The notes under the pieces are model-generated. The model ran no database searches. It worked only from the letters and a program-made list of their open reading frames with translations, and was not told the DNA's origin. The position numbers and the translations under genes were made by a program. From an uncultured Pseudomonadota bacterium (lineage in GTDB: Bacteria; Pseudomonadota; Gammaproteobacteria; Burkholderiales; Thiobacillaceae), in assembly GCA_903835655.1 (NCBI GenBank), contig CAILNT010000114.1, positions 34,410-98,409 on the forward strand: a DNA stretch of 64,000 bases, written 5' to 3'. Shown one piece after another: positions 38,535 to 47,014 of this stretch (position 1 is its first letter; each line of letters starts with the position of its first letter).

Positions 38535-38775
38535 AGGTTCGCTCTAGCGAGACACCTGAGCACTCTAAAGCAAACTTCATGCCATACAATTTCTTACAAC
38601 GAATACAATGGCTTGACGTATTCGTCGGAAGGGAAACGCACCGATCGAGGGCGTGGTGCACCGACATGGCGTGGCCCACATTCCCTATTGCGTAAGTTGG
38701 AACTCTGTGCGAGGGTATCGGCGGTCAGGCTCGGTCTGAATGCCCCGTCTGAGCGGGAATCCCCAGGAGCTAGCA

Positions 38776-40902
38776 GTGAGTCAGGATTCACCCGAATTCG
38801 AGCGGTTACATGCCAGCATATTGGCCGTGGATGACGACGCCCTCATCCGCGTCCAGTTGCAGCGCATGCTCTCTCGCATCGTCACGGAGGTGCACATCGC
38901 CGCCGACGGCTCAGAAGGCTTGGCACTGTGGACCGAGTTGCAGCCGGACCTGGTGATCACCGACGTCATGATGCCGGTGATGGATGGACTGGAAATGAGC
39001 CGCCAGATCAAGGAGCTCGATCCGGAAGCACAGATCATCGTCGTCTCCTCCTCCGCCGAGGTGGATCACCTGCGCCAGGCGCTTGACATCGGCATCGACC
39101 GTTACGTGACCAAACCGCTGGACGCCCGCCTGATGAGCGATGCGGTCAGCAAGTGCCTGCGCGACTCACAGCGCCTGCGCGAACTGCGCATTTCCCGGCT
39201 GGTGTTCGACGCGGCCAGCGAGGGCGTGATCGTGACCGATTCAGGTGGCCGTATCATCGCCGTCAACCCGGCTTTCTGTGAGATCACCGGCTACCGCGCC
39301 GAAGAGGCGCTGGGGCGCCGGCCCACCATGCTCTCCTCGGGGCATCACGACACCGAGTTCTACCAGCAAATGTGGACCAGCCTGCGCAGCTTCGGACGTT
39401 GGACCGGCGAGGTCATCAATCGGCGCAAGAGCGGCGAGGTATTCCCCGAGTGGTTGTCCATCGTCGCGGTGGAAGAACCCTTCAAGCGCGCCACCTGCTA
39501 TGTCGGCCTGTTTTCCGACATCAGCGAACGCAAGCGCGAGGAAGACCGCATTCGCCGCCTCGCCCATTACGACGTACTGACCGGACTGCCCAACCGCACC
39601 CTGTTCGGCGACCATGTGCGCCGCACGCTGGCACGCATGTATCGACTCGGCGGCCAGTTGGCCCTGTTGTATCTGGACCTCGACCGCTTCAAGCCGGTGA
39701 ACGACCTCTATGGCCACGCCGTCGGCGATCTGGTTCTGGCCGAGGCGGCGCGGCGCATGGCGTCCGCCATGCGCGATACCGATACCGTCAGCCGGCGCGG
39801 CGGCGACGAATTCGTCGCGAGTCTGGAATCCGAAGATGCCAAGGAGACCGCGGCCCTGGTCAGCCGCAAGTTGATCGAAGCGGTCTCTCGGCCTTACGAG
39901 GTCGAAGGGCACCAGCTCAGCATCGGGGTGAGCATCGGCATCGCCATCTATCCCGATGATGGCGAAGATGCCGACACCCTGCTCGCCGCCGCCGACTCGG
40001 CTCTCTATGCGGCCAAGGCCAGCGGTCGGGGCAATTTTCGCTTTTCCAGCAGCGAGGATCAGCAGGACTTCCAGCAACGCTCCATCCTGGATGGCGCTTT
40101 GTGCCTGGGCCTCGCAGAGGATCGCTTCGAGCCGCGCTTTTTGCCCGAGATTTCGCTGCACACGGGCGAGGTGGAACAACTGGAGACGCTGCTGCGCTTC
40201 CGTCTTCCCAACGGGGAGTTGCTGAACGCGCGCCATTTTGTGGCCCATGCGGAAAAACTCAGGATCACGCCTGACATCGGCATGCGCACCCTGGATAAGG
40301 CTGCTCGTGCGATCGCCGCGCTGGCCCTTCCCAGGCCGGGGCTGTCGTTGGACCTCTCTCCCTTGCAACTGGCCGGCATGGTAGATGTGGAACCCGTGAT
40401 CGATCTGCTGCACGACCATGGCATACCCCTCGATAGCGTCACCTTCGAATTTCCCGAGAGCGTGGTCACTGGCAATCCGACCGGGCAAGACAACCTGCAT
40501 GCGCTCGCCGCGAAGGGCGTGAAATTCGCCCTGGACGATTTCGGCGCCGGATTCTGCTCCTTCAGCCTGTTGCAGCAACTCCCCCTGTCGGCGATCAAGA
40601 TCGACATGTACTTCGTCCAGGAAATCGAGACCAACCCGCAAAGCCGGGAATTGGTCGCCGCGCTCATCGCCTTCGGCCGGCGCCTCGGCATCCGCACCGT
40701 CGCCGAAGGCGTGGACAGCCCCGGACAACTCGCTTTCCTGCGCGAGAACGGCTGCGATGCCGTGCAGGGGTTTCTCTTCGGCCTGCCGCTCAGCGCCAGC
40801 GAACTCGCACCCTATTTGCGCGACCGTGCCTGGCGGGCCTGGTTCGAGCAGGGACGCATCCAGAATTCGGGGGAAAAGGGGAAGGTCGTACTGTCGTTTT
40901 GA
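38776..40902 (+). CDS. Response-regulator receiver / PAS / GGDEF / EAL protein (c-di-GMP turnover)
   Basis: ILAVDDD...DLVITDVMMPVMDG receiver, a PAS domain, GGDEF (RRGGDEFV) and EAL-domain motifs (DDFGAG, QGF.F). GTG start with AGGAG 7 nt upstream. Confidence 0.88.
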   Translation: MSQDSPEFERLHASILAVDDDALIRVQLQRMLSRIVTEVHIAADGSEGLALWTELQPDLVITDVMMPVMDGLEMSRQIKELDPEAQIIVVSSSAEVDHLRQALDIGIDRYVTKPLDARLMSDAVSKCLRDSQRLRELRISRLVFDAASEGVIVTDSGGRIIAVNPAFCEITGYRAEEALGRRPTMLSSGHHDTEFYQQMWTSLRSFGRWTGEVINRRKSGEVFPEWLSIVAVEEPFKRATCYVGLFSDISERKREEDRIRRLAHYDVLTGLPNRTLFGDHVRRTLARMYRLGGQLALLYLDLDRFKPVNDLYGHAVGDLVLAEAARRMASAMRDTDTVSRRGGDEFVASLESEDAKETAALVSRKLIEAVSRPYEVEGHQLSIGVSIGIAIYPDDGEDADTLLAAADSALYAAKASGRGNFRFSSSEDQQDFQQRSILDGALCLGLAEDRFEPRFLPEISLHTGEVEQLETLLRFRLPNGELLNARHFVAHAEKLRITPDIGMRTLDKAARAIAALALPRPGLSLDLSPLQLAGMVDVEPVIDLLHDHGIPLDSVTFEFPESVVTGNPTGQDNLHALAAKGVKFALDDFGAGFCSFSLLQQLPLSAIKIDMYFVQEIETNPQSRELVAALIAFGRRLGIRTVAEGVDSPGQLAFLRENGCDAVQGFLFGLPLSASELAPYLRDRAWRAWFEQGRIQNSGEKGKVVLSF

Positions 40903-40980
40903 CCATACCCAGCATACGCACACCTGCGTAAGATGCGGGCCGCTACGAGAAGTAGCCTTCGCAAAAAAAGGAGCCCCCTC

Positions 40981-41280
40981 ATGAAATCCATTGTTATCGC
41001 CGCTGTGCTGGCCCTGACCGCGGGTATCGCGTCCGCCGACCAGTCCCTGGCCCAGAAAACCGGCTGCATGAGCTGCCACCAGATCGAGAAAAAAGTGGTC
41101 GGCCCTGCCTATCGCGACGTCGCCAAGAAATACAAGGGCGATGCCAAGGCCCTGGAACACCTGGTCGGCGTAATCAAGAAGGGTGGCAAGGGTGTCTGGG
41201 GCACGATCCCCATGCCGCCGCACCCGCAGGTGTCCGAAGAAAACGCCAGGAAGCTGGCAACCTGGATACTGTCGCTGTAA
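40981..41280 (+). CDS. Class I cytochrome c (c-551/c-552 type)
   Basis: Has a signal peptide, [24 protein letters not shown] heme motif and [10 protein letters not shown] (Met ligand). AAGGAG RBS. Confidence 0.85.
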   Translation: MKSIVIAAVLALTAGIASADQSLAQKTGCMSCHQIEKKVVGPAYRDVAKKYKGDAKALEHLVGVIKKGGKGVWGTIPMPPHPQVSEENARKLATWILSL

Positions 41281-41288
41281 GGCGGCAT

Positions 41289-42341
41289 GTGCCGGGTTCG
41301 CCCGGCTTTGCTTCCGTGGCTGATCCAGCGCTGCTTCCCGTCACCCTGCTCACCGGCTTTCTCGGCAGTGGCAAGACCACGCTGCTGAACCATCTGCTGC
41401 GGCAGTTGCCCTTGACTGCCGTGGTGATGAACGAGTTTGGCGAGATCGGCCTGGACCACCAGTTGCTGGAGGAGACGCGCGGGCCGCTGGCGCTGCTCTC
41501 CGGCGGTTGCCTTTGCTGCCAGGTGCAAGGCGCGCTGGCGCCGACCCTGAAGAACCTGTTCATGGGGCGCCGCGACGGCAAGCTGCCGCCCTACGAGCGC
41601 ATCCTCATCGAGACCACTGGCATCGCCGATCCGGCGCCCATACTCGATACCCTACTGGCCGACCGCTGGATAGCGGCGCGGCACCGCCTGGACGGCGTCA
41701 TCACCACGGTGGACGCCGTACTGGGTGCCAGCCAGTTGGACGAGCATCATGAGGCCGTGCGCCAGGTGGCGATGGCGGACCGTTTGCTCCTCACCAAGAC
41801 CGACCAGGCCGATGCCGCAGCGGTCGCCACCCTGCATGCGCGCCTGTCCGAACTCAATCCGGCCGCACCCAGGTTCGAGGTGGTGGATGGCGTCCTAGAC
41901 CCGGCGCTGATCACCGGCATCGGCCTGTGCGGCACCGAGGGAGAGCCGGTCACCCGTTGGCTGGCGCACCCGCGCTACCGGCCCGCGACGAGCGTCGGGA
42001 TGCCGGGCGCCAGGGTCGAGGCTCAACATGATGGGCGCATCCGCGCCTTCAGCCTCTGCTTCGAGGAACCGCTCGAGTGGATCGGCGTTGCCGCAGCCCT
42101 GGAGATGTTGCAGGGCTTCAAGCCGCGGCAGTTGCTGCGTATGAAAGCCATCGTCAACGTCGCGGGCAAGCCCGTGGTGCTGCACGGCGTCCAGCATCTC
42201 TCCTATCCTCCCGTGGAACTGCCGGCCTGGCCGGATGACGATCACCGCAGCCGCTTCGTGTTCATCACGGCCGACCTGGAAGTGGAGTTCGTCGCCCGCC
42301 TGCTGGAGGATTTCACCCGGGCTGCGGCCACCGCCTCCTGA
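41289..42341 (+). CDS. CobW/COG0523-family metal-chaperone GTPase
   Basis: [19 protein letters not shown]-loop, the metal motif [14 protein letters not shown] and the CobW C-terminal domain. Confidence 0.85.
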   Translation: MPGSPGFASVADPALLPVTLLTGFLGSGKTTLLNHLLRQLPLTAVVMNEFGEIGLDHQLLEETRGPLALLSGGCLCCQVQGALAPTLKNLFMGRRDGKLPPYERILIETTGIADPAPILDTLLADRWIAARHRLDGVITTVDAVLGASQLDEHHEAVRQVAMADRLLLTKTDQADAAAVATLHARLSELNPAAPRFEVVDGVLDPALITGIGLCGTEGEPVTRWLAHPRYRPATSVGMPGARVEAQHDGRIRAFSLCFEEPLEWIGVAAALEMLQGFKPRQLLRMKAIVNVAGKPVVLHGVQHLSYPPVELPAWPDDDHRSRFVFITADLEVEFVARLLEDFTRAAATAS

Positions 42342-42442
42342 ACCTCGGCTGCGGGCTGGAAGTCGAGATTTCACGCACTCGCCTGGACACCTCCAGGCCG
42401 CCGCCCCGGAGTTCGGGATGGCACATCTTTTACACGACAGGA

Positions 42443-43189
42443 ATGAAAATGCACACCGAATACAATTACGGCAGGCTGGACCTGAATGCCGCGCACAGCA
42501 TCGCCGGTGGCGCGAATTCGCTGCTCATGGCCTTGCAGGAATATACCGAGGCCGGCATGCTGACCGAACCCGAGTCCGCGAAACTCGCGAGCAAGGGCGT
42601 GGACCTGGGCGATGCCCTCCTGGACATGGCGCGCATGTTGATCGCCCGCGGAGTCTTCTCGAAGGAGCGGCATCTGAGCGAAATCCTGATCTATAGCGCC
42701 GCGATTGCCGGCGGCTGCGAGGTTTGCGCGCTAACCCATATCGACAGCGCGATTCGCGCCAAGGCACCGGAAGCGGTCATCGATACCGTCCAGGCCATCG
42801 CCCTGTACGTCCGCGCCCAAGCCGACGACGATACCCATTTGCTGTTCGAGGCGTACAGCAAGCATTGGCAGCGCTTCGCGGAATGGCCGCACCTGCCCAG
42901 CAGCAGGGTCTCCAACATGAAGTTCTATAACCTGATCGCGTTGCTGATGAGCCTGGTGGTGCGCAAGCGGCGCCTGGTGCGACTGCACACCCACGAACTC
43001 CTGACCAAGAGCGAGGTCACCCCACAGGAGATTCTGGAAATCATCGGCATCGCCCAGGTCATGGGCGGCTTCCCGGCGCGTTGGGAATCGGTCCACATCC
43101 GCGATGAGGTCTTTCAATTGCATGAAAGCGGCCAGCTACCGGCGGCTTTCATCGCCGTGCTCGACCTGATCCCCAAGCTCCCCGGCTGA
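42443..43189 (+). CDS. Hypothetical protein, possibly AhpD/carboxymuconolactone-decarboxylase-like (CxxCxxxH)
   Basis: Only the GGCEVCALTH motif and the all-helical composition suggest an AhpD-like fold. An alternative ATG is at 42449. Confidence 0.4.
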   Translation: MKMHTEYNYGRLDLNAAHSIAGGANSLLMALQEYTEAGMLTEPESAKLASKGVDLGDALLDMARMLIARGVFSKERHLSEILIYSAAIAGGCEVCALTHIDSAIRAKAPEAVIDTVQAIALYVRAQADDDTHLLFEAYSKHWQRFAEWPHLPSSRVSNMKFYNLIALLMSLVVRKRRLVRLHTHELLTKSEVTPQEILEIIGIAQVMGGFPARWESVHIRDEVFQLHESGQLPAAFIAVLDLIPKLPG

Positions 43190-43196
43190 ACCGTGG

Positions 43197-43880
43197 TCAG
43201 GGGGTCAGCAGTCCTAGTCGCCGAAAACACAGATACAGCTCACGGCTGATCCAGGCGTCATTGGCGGCGTATGCGATTTGCGCGGGGCTGAGCTGGGCCG
43301 CGGCCCAGTTGCTGGTGCGTGCGCCTTTCGGGATGCGCGCGCCCAGATACAGGGCGGCCAGGTTGCGCAGGCCGGACTGGCGGTTGCCATGGCGCTTCGC
43401 CACCTGGCCGAGGTCGACCATGGCCTCGGCCCGCAGCGGAAACAGGCGCTGGAGTTGCCTCACGTCGCCGGACAGCGCCACGCCGGTCTTGACCAGGTTC
43501 GGGCTGGCCAGGAGCTCGGCCAGTGCCTGGGAACAATCCAGGCGCTGCAAGGGCCACAGGTAGACCCGCGCGGCGGTTGCCACCTGCACCAGACAAGGCA
43601 GGTAGTCTTCGCCCTTGTGGAAAGCGGGCCGCGTCTCGGTGTCGAAACCGACCACGCACTCGCTGCGGATGTCGACCAGCGAATCTTCCAGTGCTTCCTG
43701 GGTGGTGACTACGCTGACTTCCCCCTGATAGCGGTGGATGGGCAGTTCCGCGATCTCCTCGCGGCTGATCTCGCGGCGAGGTTCGATGCTCAAGGAAAGC
43801 GCGCGCGCAGATAGGCGACGATGTCGCCGGATTCGTACATCCAGCGGCCGTTCCCTCGCTCGTCGCGGATCCACAGGCAA
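43197..43880 (-). CDS. 3'-5' exonuclease domain protein (DEDD, RNase D/WRN-like); start uncertain
   Basis: VGFDTETRP (ExoI), ..KTGVAL..D... and YAANDAW (ExoIII) motifs. The ATG at 43880 overlaps the upstream gene by 91 nt. An alternative TTG is at 43793. Confidence 0.7.
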   Translation of the reverse strand: MPVDPRRARERPLDVRIRRHRRLSARALSLSIEPRREISREEIAELPIHRYQGEVSVVTTQEALEDSLVDIRSECVVGFDTETRPAFHKGEDYLPCLVQVATAARVYLWPLQRLDCSQALAELLASPNLVKTGVALSGDVRQLQRLFPLRAEAMVDLGQVAKRHGNRQSGLRNLAALYLGARIPKGARTSNWAAAQLSPAQIAYAANDAWISRELYLCFRRLGLLTP

Positions 43881-44176
43881 GGCACCGCCGGCTTGCCGCC
43901 GCCTTGAGTTAGGGCCGCACGGTGGGTTGCGTCGTGCTGGGCATCGCGCAGTTCGATGGGGAGCGAGAGCCGGCGCATTTCCTGGCGTACCTTGATGCAG
44001 AACGGGCAGGTCTTGAACTGATACAGGGCCAGGTCACGGCATTGCCGGTCGACTTCCTTTTGCGCATCGGGGGCACGCTTCACGCCCTCGGGTGCGGTGA
44101 GCCGCTCGCGCAGCAGGAGGATGGGGCCCAGCACCAGGCGCAGGGTCTTGAAGAAGGTTCTGAACAGCCATTTCAT
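43790..44176 (-). CDS. Membrane-anchored glutaredoxin-family protein
   Basis: An N-terminal TM helix, then LYQFKTCPFCIKVR (CPFC active site) and ..VPCL......GRWMYES.DI..YL. Confidence 0.75.
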   Translation of the reverse strand: MKWLFRTFFKTLRLVLGPILLLRERLTAPEGVKRAPDAQKEVDRQCRDLALYQFKTCPFCIKVRQEMRRLSLPIELRDAQHDATHRAALTQGGGKPAVPCLWIRDERGNGRWMYESGDIVAYLRARFP

Positions 44177-44219
44177 GAGACACACTCCGTGTGGAGGCCC
44201 GTCCCCGGGCCGAATCTCG

Positions 44220-45704
44220 CTACAGACCGCGCCGCTTGATGCTGGCGTTGGCGCGGGAGGGTGCATCGGTCGGGGCTTCCGCGTTGACCTCCAGGATACG
44301 CACCTTCACGCTGCGGCCCTTGATCTTGCCGGCGGCCAGGCGGCGCTGCGCATCCATGGCGATGTCGCGCGCGACCGCCACATAGGTATTCATTTCGCCG
44401 ACATTGATCTTGCCGATCTGCGCGGCGTTGAAGCCGGCGTCGCCGGTCAGCGCACCCAGCACATCACCTGGGCGGATCTTGTCACGGCGTCCACCCAGGA
44501 TCTGCAAGGTGGCCATGGGCGGCAGCAAGGGCTGGTCGCTCGCTGGCGGCAATTCGGCGAGGGGGTGCCACTCGACCTGCGTGCCCAGTTCCTTGACGAT
44601 CGCGGCCACGCGGCGCATCTGGTTCGTGCTTGCCAGGCTCAGCGCCCAACCGTCCTGGTCGGCGCGCCCGGTGCGGCCGATGCGATGGATGTAGACCTCG
44701 GGATCGGGGGTGACGTCGACGTTGATGACCGCTTCCAGTTGGGCGATGTCCAGGCCACGCGCGGCCACGTCGGTCGCTACCAGCACCGAACAGCTGCGGT
44801 TGGCGAACTGGATCAGCACCTGGTCGCGTTCTCGTTGTTCCAGTTCGCCATGCAGGGCCAGGGCATGGAAACCCTGGGTGCGCAGGACTTTCAGCAAGTC
44901 GCGGCATTGCTGCCGGGTGTTGCAGAAGGCCAGAGTACTGACCGGCCGATAGTGTTTGAGCAGGCGGGCGACGGCGTCGAGCCGCTCTTCACTCGTGATT
45001 TCGTAGAAACGTTGCCGGATCTTGTCGCCCTCGTGCCGCTCAAGGAGCTTTACTTCCTGAGGCTGGCGCAGGAACTGCCGGGCCAGTTGGGCTATGCCCT
45101 CGGGATAGGTGGCGGAGAACAGCAGGGTCTGGCGCCGCGTCGGGCACTGCTTCGCCACGTACACCATGTCGTCGAAGAAACCCATGTCCAGCATGCGGTC
45201 GGCCTCGTCGAACACCAGGGTGTTGAGCGACTCCAGGTTCAAGCTGCCGCGTTGCAGGTGGTCCAGGATGCGGCCCGGCGTCCCCACGACGATGTGGGCG
45301 CCATGTTCCAGGCTGGCCATCTGCGGGCGCATGGTGCTGCCGCCGACCAGGGAAAGGATCTTGATGTTGTCCTCGGCGCGCGCCAGGCGGCGTATCTCCT
45401 GGGTCACCTGATCGGCTAGTTCGCGTGTCGGGCACAAGACCATGGCCTGCACGGCGAAGTTGCGGGTATTGAGGTTGGACAGCAGCGTCAGGGCAAAGGC
45501 CGCCGTCTTGCCACTGCCGGTCTTGGCCTGGGCGATGAGGTCATGGCCGGCCAGGGTGATCGGCAGACTGGCCGCCTGGATCGGCGTCATGGCCAGATAA
45601 CCCAGGCGCCGCAGATTCTCCAGCACGGCGGGGGACAGCGGCAGTTGCTCGAAGGCGTCGCCTGGGCTGGCCGGTGTGGGTGGGGTATGGGAGAGATTGG
45701 GCAT
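44220..45704 (-). CDS. dbpA: DEAD-box ATP-dependent RNA helicase with a DbpA-type C-terminal RNA-binding domain
   Basis: Q-motif TPIQ, AKTGSGKT, PTRELA, DEADRM, SAT and HRIGRTGR, then the C-terminal ..GGRRDKIRPGDVLGAL.. DbpA domain. Confidence 0.88.
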   Translation of the reverse strand: MPNLSHTPPTPASPGDAFEQLPLSPAVLENLRRLGYLAMTPIQAASLPITLAGHDLIAQAKTGSGKTAAFALTLLSNLNTRNFAVQAMVLCPTRELADQVTQEIRRLARAEDNIKILSLVGGSTMRPQMASLEHGAHIVVGTPGRILDHLQRGSLNLESLNTLVFDEADRMLDMGFFDDMVYVAKQCPTRRQTLLFSATYPEGIAQLARQFLRQPQEVKLLERHEGDKIRQRFYEITSEERLDAVARLLKHYRPVSTLAFCNTRQQCRDLLKVLRTQGFHALALHGELEQRERDQVLIQFANRSCSVLVATDVAARGLDIAQLEAVINVDVTPDPEVYIHRIGRTGRADQDGWALSLASTNQMRRVAAIVKELGTQVEWHPLAELPPASDQPLLPPMATLQILGGRRDKIRPGDVLGALTGDAGFNAAQIGKINVGEMNTYVAVARDIAMDAQRRLAAGKIKGRSVKVRILEVNAEAPTDAPSRANASIKRRGL

Positions 45705-45710
45705 GCCGGA

Positions 45711-46463
45711 TTATACGGCCCCATCGGCGCCTTGCAGCGCCATCAGCGGTTTCATCGCGGTGAGCAGGCTGGCGAACAGCTTGGAGTGCAGTTTTTCCTG
45801 CTCGGCCAGCAGTGCCTTCATCTGGTAACGCTGCATGGGCATGGAGAAGCAGGCCGGGCAATTCTCAAAGATGATGGGCAAGCCGGCGCGGGTGGCATAG
45901 TCGCGGGTCTGGCGTTCGCGCGCATAGATCAGGGGGCGGATCACGCGCACGTCGCCGGCATCGTTGAGGTAATGCGCCTGCATGGTACGCAGCTTGCCGC
46001 CGAAGAAGGCGCTCATCAGGAAGCTTTCCGCCAGGTCGTCGAGGTGCTGCGCCAGGGCCAGCACCCCGAAACCGTTCTCACGGGCGATGCGATAGAGGAT
46101 GCCGCGGCGCATGCGCGAACAATAGGCGCAGAAAGAATCGCCCTTCATGTGTTCCGCGGCGGATTCGAGGATGGGCTGGCTCTCGTAGAAATAGGGCACG
46201 CCCAGTCCCGCCAGGTAGGCTTTGAGCGGTGAGGGGTCGTATTCGGGGGATTGCGGGTCCACCGTGCAGGCGGCCAGTTCAAACTTCACCGGTGCCTTCG
46301 TTTTCAGGTGCAGGAGGATATGCAGCAGCGACAGGCTGTCCTTGCCGCCGGACAGGCCGAGCAGGATGCGATCGCCCGCGCGGATCATGGCGTAGTCGCC
46401 GATGGCGCGACCCGCGGCGCTCAGCAGGGGTTTCGAGGGCGAGTTGATATTCTGGAGGTTCAA
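45711..46463 (-). CDS. ttcA: tRNA 2-thiocytidine biosynthesis protein TtcA (PP-loop ATPase)
   Basis: LGLSGGKDS PP-loop, CAYCSRMRRG and CPACF Cys motifs. Confidence 0.88.
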   Translation of the reverse strand: MNLQNINSPSKPLLSAAGRAIGDYAMIRAGDRILLGLSGGKDSLSLLHILLHLKTKAPVKFELAACTVDPQSPEYDPSPLKAYLAGLGVPYFYESQPILESAAEHMKGDSFCAYCSRMRRGILYRIARENGFGVLALAQHLDDLAESFLMSAFFGGKLRTMQAHYLNDAGDVRVIRPLIYARERQTRDYATRAGLPIIFENCPACFSMPMQRYQMKALLAEQEKLHSKLFASLLTAMKPLMALQGADGAV

Positions 46464-47014
46464 TTCTGGCTATTTTTCAGGAGGGGCGTGACCAGGGCTT
46501 CCAGGCGGGCTTGCGCGACCGCGCCGGTGATGGCGGTGACGGCGCGGCCCTGGCGGTCGAACACCAGGGTGTAAGGCAGGCCGCCCATGTTGTTGCCGAC
46601 AGCCAGACTCAGGCGCATGACATCGCCACCACCGAGTAGCACCGGATAGTTGATGCCGACCTGGTTGGCGTAGGCGCCCGCCTTGTCGGCTTCGTCCAGG
46701 GCGATGCCGACGAATTGCAGACCGCGCGCGCCGTATTGCCTCTGCAAGGCGATGAAGCCCGGGATTTCCCGGCGGCAGGGCGGGCACCAGGGCGCCCAGA
46801 AGTTGACCACCACGACCCGACCCAGCCACTGCGTCAAGGGCTGGGGCCGGTGGGCGAGATCCGGCAGTTTACTGCCCCAGAATTCGGCCTGGCGGACGTT
46901 CGGCGGTGGCGCGATCAGCGGTTCCGGAGGGGCGATGCGCTGTGAGATCAGGCCGGCGCCGCCGAACGCCAGCGCGATCACGATCAGAGGCAGCATGCCC
47001 GGGCGTGTGCCCAT
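46460..47014 (-). CDS. TlpA-family periplasmic thiol:disulfide oxidoreductase
   Basis: A TM anchor plus NFWAPWCPPCRREIP thioredoxin motif. TGATG overlap with the dsbD stop. Confidence 0.85.
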   Translation of the reverse strand: MGTRPGMLPLIVIALAFGGAGLISQRIAPPEPLIAPPPNVRQAEFWGSKLPDLAHRPQPLTQWLGRVVVVNFWAPWCPPCRREIPGFIALQRQYGARGLQFVGIALDEADKAGAYANQVGINYPVLLGGGDVMRLSLAVGNNMGGLPYTLVFDRQGRAVTAITGAVAQARLEALVTPLLKNSQN

